64,000 nucleotides of DNA from Octopus vulgaris (Eukaryota): NCBI GenBank assembly GCA_951406725.2, contig OX597818.1:115568001-115632000 (forward strand). Direction: 5' to 3'. Shown piece after piece: positions 49,336 to 63,294 of the stretch. Every line of letters begins with the position of its first letter. Within the stretch, counting starts at the first letter, position 1. A program made the translations under genes and the position numbers. The notes beneath the pieces were generated by a model. That model was given only the letters and a program-made list of their open reading frames with translations. It ran no database searches and had not been told where the DNA came from.

Positions 49336-50396
49336 TTAGTTTTTCTCTCATTCCTGTCAGGCCCTAGAGCTGATATTGGGGGTTGCGTTCTATGCCTTGA
49401 CCCAAGCAGAGGACAGGGCTCACCTCTTTGAGGTGGGAGATGAATGGAATGCCTGGTGTGTGTCTTGTTGTGACTACCCCCTCCTAAAACAAAGGGGGAA
49501 TAGGCCTGGATATAAAATAAAAAAATTAATATTGCAAGGCATCTTTGTCAGACAGGATGTTTTGCAGTATCTCTTTTAGCTCTTTAAGTTATGATGGCCA
49601 TATCTGGAATGCTATAAGTACCAACTTGTATCAGCCTCTTCACCCCAGCAACATAGGTGGTATGAAGAAGGAAAACTTGCAAACACGAGCAGCAGCAGCT
49701 GCCTTCCATAAAAGGGAAAAAAAACTTTAGCTTGTACTTCGAAGAGGAACTTCCCAATTTCAGATCAAAAATTCTCATTGAGACATTAGAGGTCCCAAAC
49801 ATAAAATCTCCAGCACCATCATCATTTAACGTTCATGTTCCATGCTGGGATGCATTTGACAGTTTGACAAGGATTCAACAGGTCCAAGGATTCCACCAAG
49901 CTTCACTGTCCGCTTCAACATGGTTTCTACAGCTGAATGCCCTGCCAAATGCCAACCACTTCACAGCATGTACCAGGTGCTTTTTCTTGCTACAGGCACT
50001 ATAATTTCATAGACTGAATTAGTTTGTAATCATACTGTTTAGTATTCTAAATAATTTTATCCAAAAGACATGATGGGGAATAGTAAAAGACTGATCTCTT
50101 GAAATTTATGTATTCCCTTTATGAGTTTATAATCCAAGCACTTTTCAATGCCAAATTAAAAATTGATTAACGCACCTAAAGTAGGAAAGTCAGTTCCTCC
50201 ACAGATGTTGTGTCTATTCTCCAAGGTTAACTGAACTAAATTTATTTATTAGTCATAACATACTGATGATAAAAACAGTGTCTTCGGATCTGCTTGTGCT
50301 GCATTTCTGGAAATAACATCTGTTAATTCACTGCCAAACTTTCCTTAAACTGTTACTGAGTTTCACTGAACTGGGTTGTGTGTATGTATATGTATG

Positions 50397-50435
<39 letters not shown>

Positions 50436-50607
50436 CCATTTATCTTTTCCACCCACCATTCCTGGATGGGTTTTAGGGAATCCCCAGACACCTCCCCCAT
50501 AGGATCCTATAAGAAGCAATCATCATTATGTGTTCTGACCAGATTCCCAAGTGTGACAAACTGAGGCTATGGATATTATCCAAACATCACATTATTGTTG
50601 TGTATAC

Positions 50608-50659
<52 letters not shown>

Positions 50660-50703
50660 AGAGAGAGAGAAAGACAAACAGACAGAGAGATAGATAAATA
50701 TAT

Positions 50704-50747
<44 letters not shown>

Positions 50748-50753
<6 letters not shown>

Positions 50754-50973
50754 GTTGGTGCATAATTATTGCGGTTTTTTTCAACAAATTTTATTCAACA
50801 ATAACAATGTTTAACAAAAACATCTTTAAATGACAGTCTGACTGTCTTCCAAGCAAATGGGAAGCAGTAATTGAAGTAGATGGTGAATATGCTCCAGAAT
50901 AATCATTTAAAGATGTTTTGGTTCAATAAAATTTGTTGAAAAAAAGCCGCAATAATTATGCACCAACCCAATA
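50748..50973 (+). mobile_element. Mariner internal-deletion derivative
   Basis: TA-flanked TIRs TTGGGTTGGTGCATAATTATTGCGG (Hsmar1-like) and a transposase C-terminal remnant LPSKWEAVIEVDGEYAPE* at 50846-50902. Confidence 0.85.
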
Positions 50974-51367
50974 CACACACAGAATGCGCTTCATTCAGTT
51001 TCTGTCTACCGAATCCACTCACAAGGCTTTGGTCAGCCTGAGATTATTCTAGAAGACACCTGCCCAAGGTGCCATGCAGTGGGACTGAACCCAGTAGTAC
51101 CTTGTGTTTGGGAAGCAAGCTTCTTACCACAAACACATGTTATGCTTATATAAATATTGCCAGCCTCGCCTGGCCTCTGTGCCAGTGGCACGTAAAAAGC
51201 ACCCACTACACTCATGGAGTGGTTGGTGTTAGGAAGGGCATCCAGCCATAGAAACATTGCCAGACCAGACTGGGCCTGGTGCAGCTTTCTGGCTTCCCAG
51301 ACCCCAGTTGCACTGTCCAACACATGCTAGCATGGAAAACGGACGCTAAACGATGATGATGATGATG

Positions 51368-51402
<35 letters not shown>

Positions 51403-51789
51403 AGAAAAAAAATCATTATTTAAGGAAGACTTGGTTCCTATTTCTAACTAGTCGAGCAAACAAAGGAGTTCCTGATTAGTGCAAAATACACAAAATAAAC
51501 AGTCTTGAGTGTGAATGAACTTATCTCATATCTGTGTAAAAAGATCAAATAAATAGGAATTTAATTTTGAAAAATGGGAAAAAAATGTTTAAAAATTTCT
51601 AACCACAAATAGATTTATCAGTTTCCCCTGGTGTGCGGTTCCCAGCAGAATGTCATGTAAACATAATGTAATTTCCTATTGTAGCATCTCATTATTTTTA
51701 ATTATGCTTTTGCATATATTTGACTAAAGACTAACAAAGATTCATGAAAAAGGATTCAGTTTTATTCATATATCAATCTATCTATACAG

Positions 51790-52645
51790 ACAGGCAGATA
51801 GATAGACACACACATATATATACATACATACATACATATATATACATATATATATATATACATACATATATATATATACATACATATATATATATACATA
51901 CATACAAACATATATACATACATACATACACACATATACTTACACACACATATACATACATACACATACATACATACATATACATACATATACATACATA
52001 CGCATACATACATATACATACATATGCATACATACATATACATACATATGCATACATACATATACATACATATGCATACATACATATGCATACAAACATA
52101 TATACATATATATACACACACATATACATATATATACACACACACACATATACATATATAAATACATACATATACATATACATATATATATACACACATA
52201 CATATATATACATATACACAAATAAATACACTTTCACATGTATACATATGAATATACAAACATACACACCTATGTATATAAATATACACAAACACACACA
52301 TATATACACACCTATCTGAATATACAAACTTATACACACATATCTGCATACACATATGATGAAGTCATACAAACACACCCACACATTTACATATAGACAT
52401 ACGCCTGCATATACACACACTAACACACATACTTATGATCTACACACACACACACACACAAACAAAAATTTATACACACACTCACACACACTTATTTAGA
52501 CATACATTCTCATCTCTGTACCTACATTAATATCTGCATAATTCACATACTTTCACTTCATTTCTGTTTCACTCAATTTCTCTCTCTCACTCACACACAC
52601 ACACACACACACACACACATGCACACACATGCACACACATGCACA
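51790..52645. repeat. Long degenerate (TA/CA/TACA) compound microsatellite
   Basis: Directly visible; includes an 18-bp ACATATGCATACATACAT-type subrepeat around 52000-52090. Confidence 0.95.
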
Positions 52646-52947
52646 AAGGCTCACACACAGCATTTGCTGACAAACAAACTAATTCAAGAGAATTTCAAAA
52701 TACATTTAAAACCTTATGTTACAGCAGAAATTTCACAGGAAAAAGCAAAATTTGGAATAATCACATCATACAGGCACACAGGCATGGCTGCATGGGAAGT
52801 AGCTTTCTTACCAACCACATGGCTCTGGGTTCAGTCCCACTGCATGGCACCTTGAACAAGTGTCTTCTACTATAGCCTTGGACCAACCAACTATAGCCTT
52901 GTGAGTGGATTTGGTAGACGGAAACTGAAAGAAGCCCATGGTGTGTT

Positions 52948-52985
<38 letters not shown>

Positions 52986-52991
52986 TATATA

Positions 52992-53144
52992 GGCGCAGGT
53001 GTGGCTGCATGGTAAGTAGCTTGCTTATCAACCACGTGGTTCCGGGTTCAATCCCACTACATGGCACCTTGGCCAAATGTCTCCTACTATAGCCTCGGAC
53101 CGACCAAAGCCTTGTGAGTGGATTTGGTAGATGGAAACTGAAAG

Positions 53145-53182
<38 letters not shown>

Positions 53183-53390
53183 GTGTGTGTCTGTGTTTGT
53201 CCCCCCACCATCGCTTGACATCCGATGTTGGTGTGTTCACGTAGCTGTAACTTAACGGTTCGGCAAAAGAGACTGATAGAATAAGTACTAGGCTTACAAA
53301 GAATAAGTCCTGGGGTCGATTTGTTCGACTAAAGGCAGTGCTCCAGCATGGCCGCAGTCAAATGACTGAAACAAATAAGAGAATAAAAGA
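52992..53390 (+). mobile_element. SINE family A, full length (5' half of another copy at ~52780-52950)
   Basis: Head GGCGCAGGTGTGGCTG, internal (TG)n and full tail. Confidence 0.9.
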
Positions 53391-53707
53391 AAACAGAGAA
53401 TGTGTCAAACAGATGTCTGAAAGAATTGTCAGGAATGGCAGCCATACTGTTGTCATCAATCAACACTTCTGAGAGTAAATGAATTCTTGGAAAGTGGGCC
53501 ACATGAGGGCTGCTCTACGAACAAACATTCAAAGTAATTTTTCATTTAGGAATGCTATTCAGAACATCCTGTGCTCCACAGTTTACCCATGGCTGGTCTA
53601 TACAGTCATGCAAAATCTGCTAGAGAGAGCAACCAAGTCACGTTTAAAAATACACCCATGTCTTCTGAACCTGAAGGACACATTAGATAATGTAATCCTT
53701 GATATTC

Positions 53708-54386
53708 TTAACCCTTTTGATACCAACCAGGCTGAAACCAGCTCTGGCTCTGTAGTATAAATGTCTTGTTTTCATAATGAAAGGCATTCTGTCCATGACC
53801 ATCTTGTCGTTATCATTCAGCTAGTGTTAGGAACATAAATTGTGACTAAGGTTTGAGGGAAGATTTTAATTCAAAACTTATGAAAACAAGACATTGGTAC
53901 CCAGAACCAGAGGTGGTTTTGGCCAGGTTGGTAACAATAGTGTTAAGAATTGTTTCTCTATTATATATTTTAACCCTCTTGTGACCATATTTCTGTTGAG
54001 ATGCTCTGTGTTTCTTTCAATTAATTTTCAATATAACAAAGGACGGTTCAACTGGGGTCTGGCAAGCCCGAAGGCTGCACCAGGCCAGTCAGATCTGTAG
54101 AAACACTGCCAGATCTGACTGGCCTGGTGCAGCCTTCGGGCTTGCCAGACCCCAGTTGAACCGCCCAACCCATGCTAGCATGGAAAGCGGACGTTAAACG
54201 ATGATGATGATGATGATGATGATGAAAGGATTTAGTAAAATAAAGTAGTTATCATTAAGCTAGTGTTAGGAACATAAATTGTGACTAAGGTTTAGTGGAA
54301 GATGTTAATTCAAAACTTATGAAAACAAGACATTTGTACCCAGAGCCAGAGGCGGTTTTGGCCGGGTTGGTAACGAAAGGGTTAAC
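53708..54386. mobile_element. Rearranged family E MITE cluster with nested foldback C insertion
   Basis: Left-end fragment 53708-53777, inverted partial unit to 53946, a 23-bp spacer, then unit 53970-54386 interrupted at 54041-54224. Confidence 0.75.
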
Positions 54387-56567
54387 TGGTACTTAACTAA
54401 TCTACCCTGAAAGGATGAAAGGCAAAGTCGACCTTGGCTGAATTTGAACTCAGAACGTAGCAACAGATGAAATACAGCTAAGTATATTGCCCAGCATGCT
54501 AAGGATTCTGCCAGCTCACCAAAAATGATAATTTTTTTTAATATAAGCACAAGGTTCTGAGGAAGGATATAGTCTATTGAATCTAGACAGGTGGTACTCC
54601 ATCTATTGATACCCTGAAGGGATGATAGAATCAGTCAGCAGATTTTGAACTCTGATTGCAAAGAAACAGCACTATATATATCCTTTTATATAACTTTTAT
54701 AAAACTATAAGAATAACATATACTGGAATAAGGGAGAGGAAAACATTTCCTGCAAAAAAAATAAATGAATAAATAAATAGCAAAAAAATGAACTTGCTTG
54801 TTTCCCCTTCTGCCTCCTCCCCTCTTCATCCTCTCTGTCAGTCAATACTTAGTCAAAAGTTTATAAATTATGAGGTTAATCCTCAGGAAATAATGAAATA
54901 AATCAACATCATAAGGTTGACCTAATTTATAGGAATACAACAGGAACATCTTCAAAATAAATATACAGGCTGAACATGGCAAGTTTATCAATGGGGCAGC
55001 TGATAAACACAGAGGAGGGGGAGGAGGAGGAGGAGTTGGTTGGTTGGTGATTGATAGTGGTTGATGGGGTAATGGTGGTGGTGGTGGTGATGGTTGATGT
55101 GGTGATGGTGCCAGTGGTGGTTGTAATGGTTCATGACGATGACGATGATGGTAGTGTTGATGATGGTTGAATATGAATGTGATGCCGGCTGATGTAGTAT
55201 AGATCCTACTCTAGTTATCATTGTACTTGTTTAACCCAGATCAGTCCTAATCAATCAGACTTATAATGAAAGGCATTCCGTCCATGACCATCTCGTCGGT
55301 TTTCCTTCACCTAGGGAACTTAGAGCTACATTATTCAATGTGTCATTTTCAAAGACAATAAAATGTGATTTGAGGGAAATTTGGTTGCTATTTCTAGCTG
55401 GTAAAACTACACAGAGATTACTTCATCGACTTAAGATCATGGTGGTGGTGGTGGTGGAGATGATGGAAGTGGTTGATGCTATAATGATGATGATGATAAT
55501 GATTGATGTGAAATCCTGATGATGATGATGATGATTAAGATAATGGAGATAATGGTATCATCAAACACCCCTCCCTTTCTCCCCCCACTCCCTGACAAAG
55601 TATTAAGTATAATACTGGCCAGATTAAGATATCCTTGCAGAGAGAACCAGATTTTTTGTAGAGCAAGAAAGAAAGATAACATGTAAACAGACAAAACATA
55701 TTTGATAAAAACATATATATACATATATATATTATTATTATTAATATATATATACATATATATAAAGCCAACATGAAAAATAAACATAGATTATGTAAGG
55801 CAAAGTGGTTAGCAAGAGCTGGAGTGGGGATGAGCGTACTAGGTTATGGTTGAGATGAATGTAGGTGAAGTAGAAGATGAAGAAGATGATGCCAAACACA
55901 TATGTGTAAATGAGCATCAGTCTGTGTATGTATGGGTGCCTATGTGCTTATAAGAGTGTGTGTGTGTGTGTATTTCCTTTCTCTAAAACTTTTATGACAC
56001 CAACGTAGAAAACAAAAAAAAACCAACGCAAAAGAATAAAACAGATTTTAAAAATATATATTTTTGAAAAAGTTAGAAAAATTCCAGAACGTTAATTTTC
56101 TTTTTTTTTTTTTTTTTTTTTTACTTTATTTCAATTTTTTTTCCACTTTTTTTTCTTTCCAACCTATGGAGGATAGAAAGAGATAAGTAGAACTTGGGAA
56201 GTAAACAAGAACCAAGGTGTGAAGAATTCAAGACATAAAAAAAAGAGAGAAAGAAGGAAAGAAAGAAAGAAGGGAAAGACAAAATCAAAGAATTACACAA
56301 AGATATTCTATAGTAATATTACAAGAGGAACGGTTAAGTGATATTCATCTCCTTATAATAATCAAACTATCAATCATTCTAACTTCACCGATAATATCCA
56401 TTACCGTAAGAACATAAAACTGATTTTTACGAACACCCATTGAGTAACCTGCTCCAACTCCATCGATTTTCAAACATCAACAACAGTTTGGCTTTTGCGC
56501 TCAAGAGCTCTTTTGTACAACAACACAGATTTGCTTCTAGAAATTTGTATGTGTACAGTACAGCACG

Positions 56568-56702
56568 TAGTAGTAGTAGTAGTAGATGTGGTAGTAGCAG
56601 CAGTAGTAGTAATAGTAGTAGTAGAGATAGTAGCAGTACTAGTGGTAGTGGTAACAGCAGCACCATAGTTGCAGGAGATGTAGTACAGCCCTGCTTGACC
56701 AG

Positions 56703-56760
<58 letters not shown>

Positions 56761-56854
56761 CACCATAGATATAGATGTAGTACAGCCCTGCTTGACCAGG
56801 TAGTGGTGGTGGTAGTAGTGGTAGTAGTAGTAGTTGCAGTAGTAGTGGTGGTGT

Positions 56855-56908
<54 letters not shown>

Positions 56909-56996
56909 CAGCAGCAGCACTAGTAATAGTAGTAGTAGCAGCGGCAGCACCATAGATATAGATGTAGTACAGCCCTGCTTGACCAGGTAGTAGTAG
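56568..56996. repeat. (TAG)n/(TGG)n tract with three copies of a ~42-bp unique unit
   Basis: AGCACCATAGATATAGATGTAGTACAGCCCTGCTTGACCAGG at ~56659 (variant), 56759 and 56946. Confidence 0.9.
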
Positions 56997-57212
56997 AGCT
57001 CTGATTGACCAGAAGTATTCCGATCCTAACCCTCCTGCCCCTATCTTTCAGGCACAATATATAATATAAAGGTACTCAGTAAAATCTGGACTTCGTTTTC
57101 TAACACAGTAGAATACGATCTGAGGAAACTTGGCTCTTATTTCTGTTATTTTGATCAACTGCTTAGATGCAAATATTTTTACAGCTGGATTCACTTTCTA
57201 CCGAAGCACTGA

Positions 57213-57245
<33 letters not shown>

Positions 57246-57760
57246 CTCAATTTTTTTTTTTTACTTGCTTCAGTTATTTGACTGCAACCATGCTGGAGCA
57301 CCACCTTTAGTTGAGCAAATTGCACCGAGGTCAACTTTGCCTTTCATCCTTTCGGAGTCGATAAATTAAGTACCAGTTGCATACTGGGGTCAATCTAATT
57401 GACTGGCCCCCTTCCCCAAAATTTCAGGCCTTGTGCCTAGAGTAGAAAAGATTATTGTCAGCTTGGATAGGGCAGCGAGCTGGCAGAATCATTAACACAC
57501 CAGACAAAATGCTTAGTGGTATGTAATCTGTCTTTACATTCTGAGTTCAAATTCCACTGAGGTCAACTTTGCCTTTCGTCTTTTCAGATTCGATAAATTA
57601 AGTACCAGTTGCATATTGGGGTCAATCTAATCAACTGGCCCCCTCCCCCAAAATTTCAGGCCTTGTGCCTAGAGTAGAAAAGAAAGATGTGTGTGCAAAC
57701 ATGAATGTAGAAAGGATTTACATAGCTATGGGTACGGAGACACATGCCTAAGATGCAAGC

Positions 57761-57801
<41 letters not shown>

Positions 57802-59440
57802 CACACACACACGCACACACACATTTAGCAAATATGCTGAATAGTTTCAATGTCTTAAGCACTTAAATCATCTCCATAGTTAACATTTTTCTCACTTGCA
57901 AGTTTCTTCAAACGTTCCATAAGGTTTTATATTTTTAAATGGAGAGAGAAAGAGGTAGAGAGAGAGGCAGAGAGACAGACAGAGAATGAAAGAGAAAGAG
58001 TAGGAGGGAGAGAGGGAGAGGTTGTGTTTGTTGGGAGTCTATCAGCTGTCTTCCTATAATTATTTAGACACCATTAAGTCTTGCATGACTGAACTCAACT
58101 GAACTCACATGACATCCGAGAAGCCACTGCATGGTTACATGACCTGCTAGACATAGCAACCAGATCTCCCTGAAATCTCACAAGTCATTGGTCAATGTGG
58201 TAGAAGATATAAAAAACAACAAAAAAAAACAAAACAAAAAGGAAACAACAACAGGCTGGTCAATACTGGAATGCAATATGTAGGATCATGGTTGACTTGG
58301 GTTAAATAACAACAACATCAATATTCTAACAAAGAAATTCATAGAATATTTTCAATGAGCATCTTATCTCCTAGTATTACACTTCTTTGTTTGGGTTCCT
58401 TCTTCTCTGGAAGTAAGCAGATTAGATGACATTTCATTACCATATTTATTTTCTTTTGGCAATAGGAGAAGCAGAAGGAGGAGAAGAAGAGGGGAAAAGA
58501 AAGAAGTGCTGGATGCGTGAGTCGGGGAGAGGGGTGAATGTGCAGTGAGGAGGAGAGATTTGGTTTCTAACAAGGCAGGTTGCACACACAACACACAGTC
58601 TTGGAATCTCCATAACAAATGCTAACATCCAAAAGTATTAAAGACTAAGAATTATTTTTAAAGATGTTTGCATTTTCAGCAACTACATCCAAGCGATAAT
58701 CATAAAAATGATCATTTCTGTTAATAATAATAATAATAATAATAATAATGATGATGATGATGACAATAAAAATAAGGGTTTCAAATTTTGCCAGAAGGGC
58801 AGCAATTTTGGGGGAGGGGGTGAATCGATTAAATTGACCCCAGTGTTCAACAGGTACTTATTTTATTGACCCAAAGTCGACCTTGGCAGAATTTGAACTC
58901 AGAACATAAAGACAAACGAAATGCTGCCAAGCATTATTCCCGACGTTCTAACAATTCTGCCAGCTTACAGACTTAATAATGACAATTCTTTCTACTGGAA
59001 GCACAAGGCCTCAGATTTAGGGGAAGGGATTAAGTCAATTACATCGATCCCAGTGTGTAACTGGTACTTATTCAATCAACTCCGAAAGGATGAAAGGCAA
59101 AGTCGACCTCGGCAGAATTTGAACTCAGAACATAACAGCAGACGAAATACCACTAAACCTTTTGCCCTGCACACTAACAGCTCTGCCAGCTTGCCACCTT
59201 AATAATAATGCTTTCCAATTTTGGTATAAGGCTAGCAATTTTTGAGGGAAGGGGTTAAATAATTTTATCAACCTCAGTACTCAACAGGTATTTATTTTAT
59301 CAACTTTGAAAGAACGAAAGGCAGAGTGGACTTGGAAGAATTTGAAATCAAAATGCAAAGACACACGAAATGCCGCTAAGCTTTATATTCAGCGTAGTAA
59401 CAATCCTGCTAGCTTGCTCCTTAATAATATAAATAATAAT

Positions 59441-59712
59441 ACCATTATAGATATAGCATGTCCAGCTGACAACTAGGTATGCAATAAGGAAGGAAGAAAA
59501 GTCAATAGATATAACAGGTTAGCTTGGGAGGTTAAGCAGTTGTGGTCACTGAAAAAGGTGGTAGTAGTACCAATAATTGTCGGAGCCCTGAGAACAGTGA
59601 GTAAAAATCTTGATAAGTTCATGGAACAAATAGGAGCTGCGATAAGGATGGAGCACTTGCAGAAAACAGCACTGCTTAGAACCGCTCAAATACTCCAGAT
59701 CGTGCTTGAAAA
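59441..59712 (+). pseudogene. R4/Dong-type non-LTR restriction-like endonuclease C-terminal remnant
   Basis: IIDIACPADN*VCNKE..KVNRYNRLAWEVKQLWSLKKVVVVPIIVGALRTVSK...LQKTALLRTAQIL. A second fragment at ~59930-60108 follows a (TAA)n tract. Confidence 0.8.
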
Positions 59713-60472
59713 ATATGGGGTGTTACCATAGTTCACTGGTAGGGGCTAAGTCAATTACATCAACCCCAGTGCTCGACTGGTGCTTATTTGATTGACACCG
59801 AAAAGATGAAAGGCAAAGTAGACTTTGACGGAATTTTAACTCAGAACATAACGATGGATGAAATACCACTAAGCATTTTGCCTGGCATGTTAAAATAATA
59901 ATCATAATAATAATAACAATAATAATAATAATCCCTTAAAATTTGAAATTGCAAGAATTTGAAATATGAAAACTAGTGCATTAGGGACTATGAGTAATGG
60001 TTATAGATAAATAGTGGAAGGTGATCGGAATGGAATGGAATGTTCTGTAGAGCTTCTACAGAAAGTTTGCCTCTCAGAACAGGGAAGATTATCAGAAGGG
60101 TTTAGGGCAGTTGACAGATTATTGAAAGCTTATGGATATCATCATCATCGGAAAGCGGACACTAAACGATGATGATGATGATGATAGTAACCAGTTACCC
60201 ACATAGATTCAACCAGGAATAAAACGAAACCAGAGTCAAATAATGGTTTATGGTTTCGGCTGAAGGTCAGCAATTCTATGGGGAAGGGATTAGTTAATCC
60301 CATTGATATTTTGTTATCAACCCCAGAGGAATAAAATGTAAAGTGTGTCTGTGTCTGTGTGTATGTAAATATGTGTATATATGTACGAGTGTTTACGTAT
60401 CTATCTACTAATATACACTCACATATTCATACACATCACATATATACACATGCATATATACATATATTTTTC

Positions 60473-60797
60473 ACAGTTCTATATTTAAGAGATGAGGAAT
60501 TATTTACATTATTTACATTCGATGGATATTTGTCCTCACCTTGTTTGTTGTTAACACAACGTTTCGGCTGATATACCCTCCAGCCTTCATCAGGTGTCTT
60601 GGGGAAGTTTCGAACCTGGGTTCTCATTCATAAGGTAATTTTAATAATAATAATAATTACTTCAAAAAATACCCTAGGAATGAGAACCCAGGTTGGAAAT
60701 TTCCCCAAGACACCTGTTGAAGGCTGGAGGGTAAATCGGCTGAAATGTTGTGTTAACAACAAGATGAGGACAAAATATCCATCAAATGTAAATAATG
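60473..60797. mobile_element. Family H inverted pair without tRNA heads
   Basis: Minus arm 60473-~60642 and plus arm ~60660-60797 meet at (AAT)n. The plus-arm core is mutated to CTGTTGA. Confidence 0.85.
60553..60598 (-). ncRNA. Minimal type I hammerhead ribozyme, intact core
   Basis: GACAC-CUGAUGA-A-GGCUG(GAGGGUAUAU)CAGCC-GAAA-CG-UU-GUGUU. All core nucleotides are present, with palindromic AACGUU in place of stem III. Confidence 0.8.
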
Positions 60798-61276
60798 AAT
60801 ATATTTTTCATTCTATATTTTTTCAACTTTTCATTAATCACATTCTTACAGATTGTCCTTTGGAATTAAAAACCATGGCATTAAGAATTCAGATCTACTA
60901 AGATTTTTGCAATCTTGGCACCTTATCTCCATTATGCCATAGACATTAAAAAGTCAGGACCTCCATTAATTGAGTTCCTTCACATAACGCAGAGGTCAAA
61001 AGGCAGACATTTCCATTATCTACTTTCATGGTGCTATCAGTCCTAAGTGCATTTTCACACATACACACAATCTCTCCATGGCCCTCCCTCATCCTCACAC
61101 ACACATATGAATGCAGCAGCAACAAGCACTTCACTGATGTAGAGTAATTAAAAGAATTAAACTGAAAAAGAATAACAAAATACAAACTATAACATAGATA
61201 ACAAAAATTACTTTCAGTGATGTGTTTCATGTCACATTAACAAAAATATGTTATTTTATAGGGGGGGGGGTCAGCT

Positions 61277-61512
61277 TAACCCTTTCATTACCAACCCAGC
61301 TAACCCCCACCCCCCGGCTCTGGCTCTGAGTACAAATGTCTTGTTTTCACAAGTTTTGAATGAAAATCTTCTACCAAACCTTAGTCACAATTTATGCTCC
61401 TAACACTAGCTGAATGATAACTAAGTTATTTTACTAATTTCTTTGTTATATTTAAAATTAATTGAAAGAAACACAGAGCATCTCAACAGAAATACAATAA
61501 CAAAAGGGTTAA
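61277..61512. mobile_element. Family E MITE
   Basis: TTAACCCTTTC...AAAAGGGTTAA. Confidence 0.85.
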
Positions 61513-63294
61513 TCTGTAATTCTGCAGATTAAAGAGATTGAAATAGTAGCACTCCAAACATTAAAGGGACATGGAAAATAGTGGAGGTGCAAAGGCCCAG
61601 TGGTTAGGGCAGCGGACTCGCGGTCAGAGAATGGCAGTTTCGATTCCCAGACTGGGCGTTGTGTGTTTATTGAGCGGAAACACCTAAAAGCTCCATGAAG
61701 CTCCAGCAGGGGGTGGTGGTGATCCCTGTTGTACTCTTTCGCCCCAACTTTCTCTTACTCTTTCTTCCTGTTTCTTGAGTAACGCTGGCGTCCAGTCCAG
61801 CTGGGGGGAACACATACACCACAGAAACTGTGAAACCGGGCCCATGAACCTGGCTAGGCTTGAAAAGGGTGACGTTTATCGTTTTTAACATGGAAAATAC
61901 ATGTTAGCCATTCACACAGACTTTTGGCTTCAATTAACCTTTTAGCATTCAGATTACTTTATCAAAGTAATGTCTATTTATTCATATTGTGTGAATTAAT
62001 CATGTGTTATCACGTAGCTTTGGGATTTCAATAACATAATTCTTTACTTTTAGAATGACACTGTTGGGTAGATATGAGGGCCCAGATAAGGCTGGTTCGA
62101 ACATAAAATACTTGTTGGATATCGTCATCATCATTTAACATCCATTGTCCATGGATCAACCAAATCCACTGACATGGCTTTGGTCAGCCCAGGGTTATAG
62201 CAGAAGACGCTTGCTCATGGAGCCACACAGTGAGACTGAACCCAGAACCTTATGGTTGGTAAGCAAGCTTCTTACCACACTGCATGCAGTTTTATACTGC
62301 ATCGTATCGTTTTACAGTTTTATTTATTGTTTTATGCTACATTATTCTGTCATCTTATTTGAACAAAAAGCTAAAATGCAAAGCAAAAAATCTAAAAATA
62401 AAGTCTATTAATTTGAGTCATAAAAACATGGAGATTATCATGACAATCAATAAATCTATGGAGCTGAGAATACATTTGTAATGATTCCACTCAAAACAAC
62501 ATGCTTGTGACATCATAACATCGGTATCTGGCTTACTGTCTCTATTGGCTTCTTGAGAAGATTTTTGTTGGTAGTGGTGAAGGCAGTGGTGGTGTTGGTG
62601 GTGATGGTGTTGCTGTTTGGTTTTATTTTTTGGTGGATGAAAGAAAGACAGGAAAGTGGGTAGTGTAATGCATTCGTCAAATATATTAACTTATGCTTTT
62701 TCTAGCCATTTAGAAGGAAAATGGGAGTGAAAAGAGAGGAAATAGGAAGAAGAAAAATAAACAAAAGGACAACAGAACATTTGAAAAGAGAAAAAAATAT
62801 AAAAAGGAAGGAAAAAAACAGAAGAAAGAAAGTAGAGGCTTGCATATATATATATATGATGTATGTGCTGGGTGGACCCATAGTCATGATGGGTATATAG
62901 GGCTTCGTATATATGTACCCCAGCATCATCTTGATGGTGTGTGCTGCTCTCTCACACAGTAATAGTAATAATAATGATAATCCTTTCTACTAAAGACAGA
63001 AGGCCTGGAATTTGGTGGGGGAAGGGACTGGTCAATTACATCGACCCCAGTGTTCAACTGGTACTTATTTTATCGATGCCCCAAAGGATGAAAGGTAAAG
63101 CTGGCCCCTGGAGGAATTTGAGCTGGGAATATAAAGATGGACAAAATAAGCATTTTGCCCAATACACTAACGATTCTACCAGTTCACAAGAAGGAGAAGA
63201 AGTTCTTTGAAATTGTCCTCCACGTTTTGGACCACAAGGGCTCAAGACATGGAGGACGATATCAAAGGATGAGTTACAGGACACAAAACAAAAC

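Noticed and set aside
51744-52426. ORFs of 191-214 aa (also 35272-35617, 43530-43902, 3157-3711)
   Set aside because: Translations of TA/CA/TG microsatellites or repeat chimeras, giving C/V/Y/I/H/T low complexity.
56568-56996. CRISPR-like repeat-spacer array
   Set aside because: Eukaryotic intron context, the spacers are microsatellite of unequal length, and there are no cas genes.
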